A stretch of DNA of 64,000 bases, taken from NCBI RefSeq assembly GCF_009914755.1, contig NC_060926.1. The stretch is one strand, 5' to 3'. The DNA comes from the human T2T-CHM13v2.0 reference genome, Homo sapiens. Below are positions 15,601-31,034 of the stretch, in pieces (the first letter of the stretch is position 1; every line of letters begins with the position of its first letter). The position numbers and the translations under genes are program-made. The notes under the pieces were generated by a model. That model had not been told where the DNA came from. It saw only the letters and a list, made by a program, of their open reading frames with translations, and searched no databases.

Positions 15601-16400
15601 CACACACACAGACATTTAACTTTTATTGTGGAAAACTTCACATGTCAAAGAACAGAAAATAATATAATGAACCCCCATGTGCCTATCATACAACTTTGGT
15701 GGTTATAATCTATGGACAATCTCATTTTGTCTATATAATCTTTCCACCCTCAACCTGCAATTATTTTAAAGTAAATTGTACATACTATTTCACTTAACAA
15801 ATACTTAACTCTTAAATATGAAGGCTTTTAAAAAAGGTAAATATGACACCTTAATTTAGTATGCAGTTTCTTTATCTGATATCTAGTCATTGCTTAAATT
15901 TCTTTGATTATTTACTATATTGGTTATTCTGTTTGAATCAACATTAAAATGTGGTCTACTCATTGGATTTAGTTGATAAATCTCTTAAGTCTCTTTTTAT
16001 CTATAGGTTATTTTCCCTGTGTGTTATGTTTCTTTTCTTTTTTGTTCTTGCCATTTATTTATGGAAAAAAACTTGAGATGTCTTGTAAAATTTCCTATAT
16101 TCTAGGGATTCTGATTATTACATACTCATTGGGTCATTTAACATGGTACCCTACTTCCTATATTTACTTTTTTTTGTTGTAAATGGTAGTTAAATGTAAG
16201 TCTGATTAGATTTATGGGAGGTTTTTGTTTGTTTGTTTTGACAAGGAAAAAGTGGATAATTAAAGAGTAACAGGGCGTGATGAATGGGATATTGGTGATA
16301 AGCTAGATGTATCAATTGAGGGTAATTCCCAGCTCCGAGATAGTCTTATTTATCCCTTATCTGCTGAAATTGAGAATGTTAAAGGAAAAACATCTAAAAA

Positions 16401-17014
<614 letters not shown>

Positions 17015-18332
17015 TTTTAAAAAAATTTTACTTGACATATAATAATTGTACATATTTATGGAGTATGTAGTGATATTTTGATATGTACAGTGTGTGGTGA
17101 TCAAGTCAATGTAAGTAGCATATTCACCTCAAACACTTATTTTTTTGTGTTGAGAATATTCAGAATTCTCTGTTCTAACTATCTGAAAATATATAATAAA
17201 TTAACTGTAGTCATCATATAGTGCTATAGAACACTAGAACTTATTCTTGCTATCCAGCTGTAATTTTGTATCCTTTATTCAAGCTCTCCCTATTCCCTTC
17301 TTTCCCCTACCCTTTCCAGCCTCTAGTAACCACTTTTCTACTCTCTACTTACATGAAGTCAATTTTTTTAGCTTTTGCACATGAATGAGAACATGCAATT
17401 TTTTATCTTTTAGTCCCTGGCTTATTTCACTTAATGTCCTTTGGGCTCATCTGTGTTGCCAGGAATGACAGGATTTCACTCTTTTTTTATGGTTGAATAG
17501 TATTGTGCATATATACTACACATATCCGTATGGACACTTAGGTTAATTTCATATTTTGGCTATTGTGAAGAGTACTGCAATAAACATGAGGGTGCAGGTA
17601 TCTTTGATATAGTAATTTATTTTCCTTTGGGTATATACCCAATAGTAGGATGGCTGGATCATATGGTAGTTCTATTTGTGGTTTTTTGAGGAGCCTCTGT
17701 ACTATGCTTTATAGTGGCTTTACCTATTAACATTCCCTCCACAGTATATATGAGTTCCCTTTTCTGCACATCCTTGCCAGCATTTGTGATTTTTTTTGTC
17801 TTTTGGGTAATAGCCATTCTAACTATGGTAAGACGGTATTTCTTTCTGGTTTTGATTTGCATTTTCCTGATGATTAGTCATGTTGGACGTTTTTTTCATG
17901 TATTTGTTGGCCGTTGATGTGACTTCTTTTGAGAAATGTCTATTTAGATTATTTGCCCTTTTAAAAAAATCAGTGTTTTTTTTTTTTTTTCTTGCTGTTG
18001 AATTGAATTCCTTATATATTCTGGATGTTAATCCTCTGTCAGATGTACAGTTTGCGGGCATTTTGACCCATTCCATAACTTGTATTTTCCCTCTGTTGAT
18101 GGTTTTCCTCACAGAAGCATTTTAATTTAATATAATCCCATTTGTCTATTTTTGCTTTTGTTGCCTGTGCTTCTGAGGTCTTATTTGTAAAATCTTTTCC
18201 CGTACCAATGTTGTGAGAGGTTTCCCCTAAGTTTTCTTCTAGTACTTTTATAGTTTTGGGTCTTAGATTTAAATCTTTAATTCATTTTGAGTTGATTTTT
18301 GTATAAGGTGAGAGCTAGAGGTCTTGTTTCAT
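17015..18332 (-). mobile_element. L1 (L1MA-like) 3' fragment
   Basis: Minus ORF MQIKTRKKYRLTIVRMAI and NRHFSKE are ORF2p remnants. Confidence 0.9.
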
Positions 18333-19974
18333 AAGGAGAAACACTTTTGACTGGGTAGTGTAGAGAGGAGAAAATAAGTTTAATTTTGAACACATTGTGT
18401 TTGAGGTACTTGTGAGACGTCTGAGATTTTGTTAGAGTCAAATATGTGGATTTTGGAGGTAAGAAACAAGGCAGAGCTGGAGACAGAGATTCAGAAAGTG
18501 TCAGTTACCTTAGACGGGTTGACATTACCTAGGGGAACATATCACAGGGGAAGAGAACTAAGACAGAGCAGTGTGCCAGTTAGGTTTGAGTAGAGGAGGA
18601 AAAGTCTGCGAAAGAGACTGAGAATGCATGGGTAGATATGTAGAGGTAAACACTGTAGAATGGTGCTGAGATGAGCTAGAGCCCATAGATAATTTGCTGT
18701 CTTTCGCTACAAGGTGGTGATTTGTAACCTGAATGAGAATAGTTTTAGAAGAGTAGTTGGGCTAGATGAAAGTAGGCTTTTGAGTGATAGGCCAGGAAAA
18801 AAGTAACAGTAAGAGTACTGTTCATTGAGTTTCAATTGTGATTGGGAGGGAGAGAGAGATGAAGAGACACATTTCAACGTTAAGATGGAAGACATGTCTG
18901 AATGCTAATATGAAAGAACTATTAGAGATTAAAGTAACAGGAAAGATAAGGTATAATCAAGGTCTCTGAAAAAGCTGGAGGGATGAGATCCAGAACACAG
19001 ATGACTGAATTGACATGCGGAATATCTTACATTATAATGGAAGTAAATGAGAAAAAAGGCTAAGTATGGAATCCATTTTACAGATTTGAATTCCTGACTG
19101 TTGGCTTCTGCTGCTTCTGCGAAATATGTGGTGGCATCATCTGCTGGTCATGGATGTGGGGAGAAGGTGAAATCTTAGCGGTAGGGGCGGCATTGACACT
19201 CGTCATTGTGAAGAGTAAAGAGGAACAGAGTAGAAGAGTAAAGGCTTGCCAGGCAAGGTTAGGTCCATTTGAGAATAATGACTATGAATTCTTAGTCTTA
19301 GCACCCTAGTGCAAATGCTTCTGCGGTATAATCAGCATTCTGGATATAGGCAAGTTTATGTTAGGGATATATGCTGGGTTGGATTTTGGTAGACAGGATG
19401 AAAAAAGAACATGTGAAATAAAGGTGATGGGTCAAAATCTAGACTGTGTATATTGATGGCTAGGGAATAATTAAAGCAACCAGTGGACCAAAAGTCTTAA
19501 CTGGTGTTCAGAAGAGATCTCTTGAGGTGGTTGAGTATGCTAGAATAATAAGAGGTTGTGATCAGAGAAGGGTATACCTGCATTTCAGCGATTGAGAGGT
19601 GATAGTGATGATGATATAAGATCTATACTGTGGCCAAAATGGAAAAGAGATACCACTGAAAGTGATGAAGTCAGTCAGTCGAGAGGCCAGAGTTCCTTTC
19701 CACTGATTCTGTCCACTCATTTTAAACGCATTTTTAAGTCTTCTAAGTGCTACTAACAAACCAGAACAAAACTTCTCTCAATCTTTATTCCTACCTTCTG
19801 TCCTCAGCAATTTAGCTATTTTTCTCTTTCCTTTTAAAACGACACTTCTTAGTGAGTCTCAAGATATTTGATATGCTCTTTGTTAAATCCAATTATATGT
19901 AACAGTTTTCATCCTTCTTGATTTGTCTTTCTTTTGCAGGATTACTCTAATGGTTATCTTCCTAACATGGAATA

Positions 19975-20282
19975 TTTGTTTGTTTGTTTGTTTGTTTTTT
20001 TTTGAGACGGAGCCTGGCTCTGTCGCCCAGGCTAGAGTGCAGTGGCGCGATCTCAGCTCACTGCAGCCTCGACTTCGGGTTCATGCCATTCTCCTGCCTC
20101 AGCCTCCCAAGTAGTTGGGACTACAGGCGCCCACCACCGTGCCCGGCTAATTTTTTATATTTTTAGTAGAGATGGGGTTTCACCGTGTTAGCCAGGATGG
20201 TCTCAATCTCCTGACCTCGTGATCTGCCTGCCTCGGCCTCCCAAAGTGCTGGGATTACAGGCATGAGCCACTGCGCCCGGCC
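19975..20282 (-). mobile_element. AluY-type
   Basis: ccattctc and gttagccaggatgg diagnostics. Confidence 0.9.
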
Positions 20283-20693
20283 TGTTTTGTTTGTTTTTAT
20301 TTGTTGTTTCTATTGTCACTGATTTCTCCTTTACCCACTACTCAAACGTTGGTTTCTCTAGGCACTGCTTTCAGTTCTCCTTTTTTTTTTTTTTCTCTTC
20401 TCATAAAATGGGGTGACTCAATGTTTTATTCTTTCATTAAAGACTTTCTCTAGGTGATCTCCTCCATTCCTTTGTCTGCAACCACAGACCAGATCTCTAC
20501 TTTCAGTTCCTTGACTACATCTTCACCTACCTATTTCCTGGCTCTTGAGTTTTAGTATATCTAAAACAAAACGTATTATATATACTCCACTCTTGTTTAT
20601 TCCAAGATCAGACAAAACACAATTTTTATGTTTTGATTAATGGATCTGGTCCATCCTAACTTCAAAGCTGGAAACCTGTTGGCATCTTCTGAC

Positions 20694-21043
<350 letters not shown>

Positions 21044-21535
21044 TGAGAAATCTTCAATGTGGCCCCTTGTCGTCCATACCACTATTGGTACTCTTGTTCT
21101 CACTTGGTTCTGTTAAGCTTCATTTGAGCTTTCCCAATGCTGCTATAATAGTCTTCCTAAAAATTAAAGCTGTTCTTATTCCCCTGCTTAAAAATTTCTC
21201 TGCTGTTTTATTTCTTATAGAATAAAACCTAAATAAAAGGAAAATTTTTGAGAATCTAGTCCCTTTGATCTAGAACTGGTATATCTCTCTACGCACCTTC
21301 AAATCTTTTGGCACATAAATTTCTCATTGATAACTTCAGTTTTGTTTTTGTATACCATGCAGTGTTTGTCTTTCTATACATCTTTTTCTGTTCTCCACAA
21401 GTTCCTCCATACCTCTCATTCCCCTGCCAAAAAAAAAGCCAGAAAGCAGAACTGAGTTAAGACCCGGCTTAGATATGACCTCCTCAGCGAAACCTTTTCT
21501 CTCACAAAACAAGGTGGTCATCTTATTCAAGGAAC

Positions 21536-22159
<624 letters not shown>

Positions 22160-22558
22160 TAAAAACCTGTAGTGTAATATTTGTTCGTATATATTTCTTT
22201 TGCTAGACTGAGTTTTTTGTATGCTGGATGTCTGTGTCCTTAGCATTTGTGCCAGTGGCTTACAGTAGGTACACAGTAATAATTGATGAATAAATAATAC
22301 TTAAAACATTTGAATTTGTAAACTTCTAATAATGTTAAAAATTGAATGATAAAGTAAACTGCAATTTTTTCCTTCCTTAAAGCAAACTGGGGAGTAGAAG
22401 TCCTTTTATAAGTATAATGCCTTAAAAAGTAGTGTGGAAACTAGAGTAAGAAGTAGATGTTAGGGATTGATACTGCAAGGTATTTATTTCTTTGTTCATT
22501 AATTTGTTTAACTTTAGGTATTGAATGTGTATTATGTTCATGGAATTATATTCTGTTG

Positions 22559-23488
22559 CAGAGGTTCACAAACTTTCTCAGTGCTGTTAGGGTCTCAGTA
22601 ACGTTTTTCACTGTGCCACCTAGATCGAAAGAAATGTCTGATAGTTCTGTTTATTAAATACCTAGGTCCAGGCAACTTAGTAGCCACTTGAAAAAAATAA
22701 GACACTTAAATTGGAAACGTTATTTCACTGCTGAGTAATCACATTTCTGTTAGGATGCTTAGGCATCGCTCAGCTTCTCAAACCTGGAATCAGATGGGAC
22801 ATTGCCACCCTGATTTCTTGTTTTATATCGATGTTATTTTATGTGATAACTTGGTTTTTATGCCAGCAACTGCTGACAAACCAACTTCTGTAAGAAATAA
22901 TGTCATTGAAAGGAATATATAATAGTTTGATTTATTGTTGAAACTGAATTACTGTGACTTGTAGATCACGCAGTGTCCAACTGATGTTGAGTAACACTAT
23001 ATTTCCCTGGAAAATTTAAAATAACTTTGCGGCGCCCTTGTGAATTTATGGTAGTACACTGGGGTGCTGTCTCAGTTCATTTTCTGTTGCTATAATGAAT
23101 ACTTGAGACTGAGTAATTTATAAAGAAAAGAGGTTTATTTTGGCTTGTGGTTCTGGAGGTGAGGAAGTCCAAGATGAGTTGGCCACATCTGATCAACCTC
23201 TGGTAAGGACCTCATGCTGCTTCATAACATGTTGGGGAATGGAAGAGGAAAGGGACAAAATACAAGGGACAACTTCACTTTGTAACAGCCTGCCTTCAAC
23301 CCTCTGGAGAATTAACTCAGTCCTGCTGAGAACTGCATTAATTCCTCTAATGACCTGATGACCTCTTAAAGGCCCTACCACCTCTCGATACTATAACACT
23401 GGGAATTAAATTTTAACATGAGTTTTGGTGGGAACACACCACATCCAAATCATAGTAGGTATCTTAGCACACAGTTTTGGAAGCATGA
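22559..23488. mobile_element. hAT/Charlie-like DNA transposon remnant interrupted by an MST-type MaLR LTR (23068-23457)
   Basis: cagaggttcacaaact...cagttttggaagcatg termini; MST motifs ctgagtaatttataaagaaaagaggtttatt, aacatgagttttgg. Confidence 0.7.
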
Positions 23489-23992
23489 CTCTTAAACATT
23501 TATAAAACTTTTCTTATAACATTTTATGTGCTTGATTCTTACAATTATTCTAGGTATGTACTTACAGGTGCACTTTTTATATTCGGCATACAACAAATAC
23601 TTGTTAATGGCCTAATGCATTAAAAATTAAGGAAATTGTGATAAAGTATAGTTTTTTAGGCTTAATTTTTGTAGGCTAACTTATCCTTTTATTACAAAAC
23701 TTTTAAAATCTAGAAAGACTAGTACAATGGTCTTCCATGTAGATTTAACAGTTTTTAACATTTTGACATATTCACTTTGTTTTTATTGAACCATCCATCT
23801 GACAATGCGTTATTGAACTAATTTATCTTTAAATCCTTAAGTACACATCTTTTAAGGATGTTCTATAGTATCACACCTATGAATATATCCTCATCTAATA
23901 TCCACTAATGATCTGATATTTCCTTTTTTGTATTTTTATTTGTTTTTTATATTAATAAGATTTAATTTGTATTTCCCTTTTTGTTTTAATAG

Positions 23993-24103
23993 TGGCCAAT
24001 CCGCCATGGTATAGTTGAAGATTGGGACTTAATGGAAAGGTTTATGGAGCAAGTGATCTTTAAATATTTAAGGGCAGAACCTGAAGACCATTATTTTCTT
24101 TTG
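23993..24103 (+). CDS. ACTR3: ACTR3 exon 4 (111 nt): [37 protein letters not shown]
   Basis: ttttaatag| ... ttg|gtaagt; actin-family PIxHGIV motif. Confidence 0.97.
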
Positions 24104-25158
24104 GTAAGTTACAAGTTATAATTTCACTGAGGAAATTTTTGAATACACTTAATGAGAACATTTTCATCATACTTCTTTGGTATACTTTGGTTATTAAATT
24201 GTCATATGTCTAAATGACTTTGTAATAAAGCTGTATCATCTTTAAGACCATCTAGTTATGGCTACAGGAGAATAGTAGTATGTCAAAGCACCACATGTTA
24301 AACACTTAAGAAGTGCTTTTGGTAGTTAATGTCTAATCTTTATGATAGAAACAGTAAGTAATGTTCAGAAAAATGTTGGAAACCTGTGGCACTTTTTTGC
24401 TTAAAAAACAATAGTCTGATTATTATATCATTGGTATTTCTTCATAACAAAAATACAATATAATCTAACTTTTTATTAAACATCTTTTTATTAAAGCAGT
24501 GCATGTTCATAACTTAAAAAATCAAATGACTTTATAAGATTTAAAACAACAAAATAACACTTTCCTTTCTTACCTCTCCCAACCTTTGGTTCATATTCCC
24601 CGGAGGCAAACATTTTCAATTTTAACAAAGTTTGCCCTGCTAGTAATCTTTTAACATGTTTCTTTTATTTAACATTTTTTTTTTATTTCTTATGTCTTTA
24701 AGAATATTATACATTATTTACCAACTTCCTAATAGGAAAAATGAGAATTTCCCTTTTTACCTTTTCTCTCCCTCAACACAAAATACCTATCCTTTCCCAC
24801 TCCTCGCATTGTAGTTACATCACAATTTTTGGTTAAATCAATATTCTGTGTCTTTCGGTGATTGTGATGGACTATAAAGTTGAAAGAACCATACTATGGA
24901 CACTCATACACCCACAATCTAGATTCGATGATTAACCTTAACATTTGGCTATAATTGCTTCATGACGTCTATCCATCTTTCACTTCATTTTAGTTTTTAA
25001 ATCACTTCAAAGTGAGTTGCAAATGGGAGTCATTTGACCCCTAAATACTTTAGCACGTATTTCATCAACTAGAGCTATCATTTGTGTATGGTTATTCTTT
25101 TCATATAAAATTTACATATCATAAAATCACCGGTCTGCACCATTCAGTGGATTTTGAC

Positions 25159-25426
25159 CAGGGTTTGGCAAACTTTCTAAGGGAGCAGATAGCAAATATT
25201 TTTGGCTTTGCAGGGGTTATAGTCCCTGAGGAAACTTAATGAGAACTTTTTATACAATGGTCCCTGTCACAGCTACTCAGCTGTGCTGTTGTAGCATGTT
25301 AGCAGCCATAGACAATACTTAAATTCATAGGTATGTCTGTGTTCCAATAAATTTTTTTTTTTACCAAAACAGGTGGTGGGCTGTATTTGACCTGCAGGAT
25401 GCATGATGTGATTTGTCCAATCTTTG
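25159..25426. mobile_element. MER58A (hAT) inside an old L1 fragment
   Basis: cagggtttggcaaact...gcagccatagacaatac...gtgttccaataaa. Confidence 0.8.
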
Positions 25427-25771
25427 TCAGTTACATACATCTGTGTAACCTAAACTCTTACCAAGATATAGAGAAATTACTATCAGCGTGGAAAGTTTTC
25501 TCATGCCCTTTTGTAATTAATCTCTGCCCCCGTGCCCTAGTGACAACCACTGTTTCTTTTTCATCTGAGATTAGCTTTGCCCATGTTTGAGTGTCAAATA
25601 ATGGAATCATGCAATATGTGCATTTTGGTGAAACACTTTTACTTAGCATAATCTGGAGATTGAATTATGTTGCATATACTGGTGATTTGTTGCTTTTTGT
25701 TGCTGGGTAGTATTCCATTGTATAAATTTGCCTCACTTTATCCATTTTCCTGTTGATGAATACCTGGGCTA

Positions 25772-26070
25772 TTTTTGTTTTTTTTTTGTTTTTGTTTTTG
25801 TTTTTTTAAGACAGGGTTTTGCTCTGTTGCTCAGGCTGGAATGCAGTGGATCAATCATGGCTCATTGCAGTGTTGACCTCCCAGCTCAAACAGTTCTCCC
25901 AGCTCAGATTCCTGAGTAGCTAGGACACACAGGCCCGGGCCACCACACCTGGGTAATGTGTTCTGGTTTAGAGATGGAGTCTCACTTTGTCACCCAGGCT
26001 GGTCTTGAACTCCTGGGCTCCAAGTGATCCTCCCGCCATGGCCTCTCAAAGTGCTGCCACCATGCCTGGC
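25772..26070 (-). mobile_element. AluJ-type
   Basis: Diverged Alu dimer. Confidence 0.85.
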
Positions 26071-26334
26071 TTAGTTCTAGTTTTTGGTTATAATAAAATA
26101 ATTTGACCATTGTGAACCTTCTTCTACAAGACTTTTTGTGGACATATGTTTTCATTTCTCTTGTCTAAATACGTAAGTATGGAATTGCAGCGTCATAGGG
26201 TAGGTACCTGATTGGTTTTTTAGGGAAACTCATGGGAACTTTTCCCAAGATGGTGAACCTTTTTGCACACCCCCCAGTGATGCATTAGTAATCTGCTTGC
26301 TCTATTCAAGATTTGGCTTATCAATCTTTTATAC

Positions 26335-26626
26335 TTTTTTTTTTGAGACAGTCTTGCTCTGTCACCCAGGCTGGAGTGCAGTGGTGTGATCTTGGCTCGC
26401 TGAAACCTCCCCGCCTCCCAGGTTTAAGGGATTCTTGTGCCTCAGCCTCCTGAGTAGCTGGGATTACAGGCATGCACCACCACACCTGGCTAACTTTTGT
26501 AATTTTAGTAGAGACAGGATTTTGCCATGTTGGCCAGGCTGGTCTTGAACTTCTAGTCTCAAGTAATCTGCCCACCTCGGCCTCCCAAAGTGCTGGGATT
26601 ATAGATGTGAGCCACTGCGCTGCTAG
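26335..26626 (-). mobile_element. AluS-type
   Basis: Alu dimer. Confidence 0.9.
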
Positions 26627-27948
26627 CTTGTCAGTCTTTAAAATTTTAGCCATTCTGGTGGGTGTGTACGATTTTTCATTTGCTTTTAATTTTAATTTTC
26701 ATTTTCTGATAATTATGTTGAGCAGTCTTTCATGTACGATTGTTATTATTAGCTATTTGTATATTTTCCTTTGTGGGGTCCTCTGATTATCTTTTATGTA
26801 GATTTTTTTTCTTGGAGTTTATAATTTCACTGCCTTGGTTTTTAGTTTACTTAATTTTGTATGTATTCATCAGTAAATTATCTCCAGACTTTTAAACATA
26901 GCTCCAGAACTCTTCTAAAGAAGTTTAAACACCACAGGGAGTTTAGCTTATAAAGGTTTTATGTAAGGTAACAGTATACTTAGTTGTTTTGCTTTATATT
27001 TCTTTTGAAATAATAATTTTAAAAATATTTAATTTTTAATGGATTCAAGTTTTATCACTTTTTCCCTTTGTGATTTGTACTTCAGAAATTTAAGGAGTTA
27101 TTCCTACCTTAAGGTCAAAAAGAGAATTCTGTGTCTTTTTTAAATTTAAAAATTTTTCTTTTACATTTAAGTATTTGAGATACCTATTAGATTGCCAGTC
27201 AGACTCACAAGAATCAGAGGTCTTACCCAGTGTTAATCTTTAAAAATTGAAACAGTTTAAGTGATCATGAGGCATAGGTGAAATATGAAGTCCAAGACTG
27301 CCAGATCTCTGAGTCCTTCCTTGCCTCTTTAGAGTGTGTTCTGTCCCAGACTTAACCTGTGAGGTTTCTAAGTGATGTATACAGTCACATAAACAGAAGA
27401 GTGCTCTGCAAACATCTTGATTCTATGCTCTTAACAGGTAAATTAATATAACATTTTTCAGAAAGCTGTACCATTAGATCTGTAGAATCTCGGCTTGTTT
27501 ACTGTAATCCTATATACTTCGGGGACATTCATCTAAAAGCATTACTTAGATGAGGGCTCTCCCACTGGCAAATACCATTGATGTTTTTTCTGGAGGTTTG
27601 TCATTACCATATTTAAAGGATGATTTGACTGGACCACCTTTTCCCTACCTCCAACCCTCTCTCTCCCTGCTTCATTTCTTTTTAATGTTTAATCTGTATA
27701 AGTGGTATGATATAGGCATTCAGGGTATTTTTTTTTTAAAATGTGAATTACCATACTGTTTTCATATATGTATGGATGTTTGAATTCTCTATAGTTTTCC
27801 TTTGATCTCTGTGTCTGTCTTTCTACTTGTAAATTTAATGCATTTTAAATAAAATGTTTGAAATAAATTACTTCTCATTTAAAAATTGTCAAGAAAGTTA
27901 TCAAAATAATCTGATATTATCTATTTAAAATGTTATTTATTTCAATAG

Positions 27949-28044
27949 ACTGAACCTCCATTGAATACTCCAGAAAACAGGGAATATACTGCTGAAATAA
28001 TGTTTGAGTCCTTCAATGTTCCAGGCTTGTACATTGCTGTGCAG
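27949..28044 (+). CDS. ACTR3: ACTR3 exon 5 (96 nt): [32 protein letters not shown]
   Basis: ttcaatag| ... cag|gtaagc; actin signature LTEPPLN...IMFESFNVP. Confidence 0.97.
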
Positions 28045-29876
28045 GTAAGCAAGTTCATACTTTCTAAGTTTGATTCTTACATTTTAACCTAGTTTAATTT
28101 GCTGCCTAAAATACGTACTTTTTTTTTTTTTCTGCAAAGGTTTAAACATAATGTCAAAGCATGTTATACTTCTCTCCTGAATTGTTAATTTAGAAGTAAT
28201 ATTATGGGAAGTGGAGATATTTAGTCAGGAAAAGAGAAGTGTTAAAAAAGTAAGTTAGTGGTGTTTGGGTATTTCAAGGGCTTTCATAGGACAGAAATGA
28301 AGGAACTAATATTTATGGAATGCTTTCTCTGTGACAAGAACATTGTATATATATTTATCCTTGTAAATAATCCTTTATCATTTATCCTTATAAATCTTTT
28401 TGTCCTTTATTGTAGTCTTTTTTGATTGACTTATCTTTAGGTATATTTGACACCCTAATATTTCACTTCTCTTAATTTGTACGTTTATCTGTATGGAACA
28501 GCTTCTCTCCCACCCCTCAGGATCAGAGCTGACCTCATTTTTTTTTTTTTTCCCTTGTAGCAGAGGTAATCCCTGACATAACACAAATGCTTTATATGTG
28601 TATTAATTCATTATTTCTATTAAATGTAGATATTTTTGTTTCTGTTTTTTGTGGAGGAAGAAAACTAAAGCTGGAAGGCACTTTATTCATAATTAAATGG
28701 TTAGCTGTGATACCAGGCAGCTGAGGTCTGTCTGACTTTGCTCTTTCTTGGGATCACACTGGTTTTTGTAACTCCACGGTACACAGAATCAATAAGTGAT
28801 AATTATGGATGAATATTTTAACTTGGATAGCAAAGAACTTTTTAATGTTTAATGCAATCCATAAATTTAATGAACTGCCTTTTAAATTCTCTGCTGCTAA
28901 AAATATTTAAGGAGTCACTTAAACCTGTCATGAACTTTATAGAAGAATTCAGTCTTGAGTGGGAGGCCCTTTTTTAGTTCTTAGAATATGAATAAAATGA
29001 GGAGTTGGGAAAATTCATCTTTCACTTGGGAGTTTTTGCTTCTCATCCTATGTTAAATATAATAAACTTATGTTTAACCATATTGTCAGGTAAAGCTTAC
29101 TTTAAAACACTGGCATCATGAGCTTTGTTTCATTCCTCTGGAGTCGTAATTTGGTTTTTCAGTGATTTCCTTAGTGGCCTCTGAGTGCTCTTAATTTCAT
29201 TATTTAATCTCTGTTCTGTTTTGTTGATGTTCAGTAGTCAATAACATTTCTGTAACATGATGTGCTGATACATATCTATTCTAGTTTGGGACCGTAACTG
29301 TTTACAAAAGACTTGTAAAAGTGATCAGAGATAATTCTTGGTTGTAGATGATAGTTTTGAACTTACTTATAGAGGAAGGATATCTCATAATGAAGTCTAA
29401 ACAGTATATATATATATAACTAGTATTAGGATGGAATTTTTCATTTTAAGATTGTCAAAAAATAATGTATAGTTCTGTTAGCCTATAGTGATTATGTGGT
29501 GATTGTGTTAATATGATCTTGTGTTCAGATAGGAGGGTGACCTAGATAGCTTTCTAGGTCCCTTTTAGCTATTACAGTCCAGGTAGGTAAAATAAGTCCA
29601 GTATAAGTTTAGTTGTTTTTAATTACTAGTCATATACTTTGTTTGAGGCTTGGATTGTAAGAAATTTAGTTTTTTAAAAAATGAACTATGTTAATTTCTT
29701 AATTCTCACACTTAAAAAAGAATTGTGTTGTATTGTCTGTACCAAGGTTTTTCATAGAAAAATTTTATCAACGTTGCTCCATAATTAAATCATAGTAGTA
29801 TTTGGAGGTGTGCGATGGCGTTTTCTGTATGTCATATAGTCCTAAACACATGTTACCTTAAAAAAATTTGAAGGTA

Positions 29877-30172
29877 GGCCTGGCACAGTGGCTCATGCCT
29901 ATAATCCCAGCACTTTGGCAGGCTGAGGCAGGTGAATCACAAGGTCAGGAGTTCAAGATCAGCCTGGCTGAGATGGTGAAACCCCGTCTCTACTGAAAAT
30001 ACAAAAATTAGCCGGGTGTGGTGGTGGGCACCTGTAATCCCAGCTACTCCGGAGGCTGAGGCAGAGAATTGCTTGAACCCAAGAGGCGGAGATTGCGGTG
30101 AGCCGAGATCGTGCCACTGCATTCCAGCCTGGGTGACAGAAAGAAACTCTGTCTCAAAGAAAAAAAGAAAAA
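29877..30172 (+). mobile_element. AluS-type
   Basis: Full dimer, TSD gaaggta. Confidence 0.9.
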
Positions 30173-30324
30173 GAAGGTAATCTTTTAGTAATAGTTGTTT
30201 ATAGCCATATATGTATTGAATAACTGGAGGTAGGGTGGTTGTGTACTTTCTGCCTTACATTGCAGTTTGTAACAGGCCAGCCCACGTGGACATAGTTTAA
30301 GTTCTGGCAAGTTAGTTCTATACA

Positions 30325-30607
30325 ATTTTTTTTTTTTTTTTTTTTGAGATGGAGTCTTGCTCTGTCGCTCAGTCTGGAGTACAGTGGCATGATCTCGGCT
30401 CATTGCAAGCTCCGCCTCCCGGGTTCACGCCATTCTCCTGCCTCAGCCTCCTGAGTAGCTGGGACTACAGGCGCCCGCCACCGCACCTGGCTAAGTTTTT
30501 GTATTTTTTAGTAGAGACGGGGTTTCCCCGTGTTAGCCAGGAAGGTCTCGATCTCCTGACCTCGTGATCTGCCCGCCTCGGCCTCCCAAAGTGCTGGGAT
30601 TACAGAC
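30325..30607 (-). mobile_element. AluY, slightly 5'-truncated
   Basis: Y diagnostics; TSD agttagttct(a/g)tac at 30310 and 30608. Confidence 0.9.
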
Positions 30608-30926
30608 AGTTAGTTCTGTACTGTTTAATGCAATCTTCCACATTTTTAGCTTTAGGACAGAAATAGCCTTTATAAAATATGTAAATCTTACAAATCATGC
30701 TCCTAAAAGCAAATGTAAACCTCTAAGTTTGTCTTAATAAAATGTAGGGAGTGAGCTATTTTATTGCATAATACAAAATTAATTTTATGTATTTTCTTTC
30801 CACAGATACTACATTTAAAATTGAATAAAGTACTCCAGGGAACTAGTTTTTTTTTTTTCGATTAACTCTTTGTTTTTTTGTTTTTTTTTTTTGTTTTTTT
30901 GCCTTTCTTCTTTCTTTGTGCTCAAG

Positions 30927-31034
30927 GCTGTTCTTGCCTTAGCTGCATCTTGGACCTCAAGACAAGTAGGAGAACGGACGTTGACCGGTACGGTAATAGA
31001 CAGTGGAGATGGTGTCACTCATGTCATTCCTGTG
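30927..31034 (+). CDS. ACTR3: ACTR3 exon 6 (108 nt): [36 protein letters not shown]
   Basis: ctcaag| ... gtg|gtaagg; phosphate-2 motif DSGDGVTH; ORF track 30870..31058. Confidence 0.97.
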
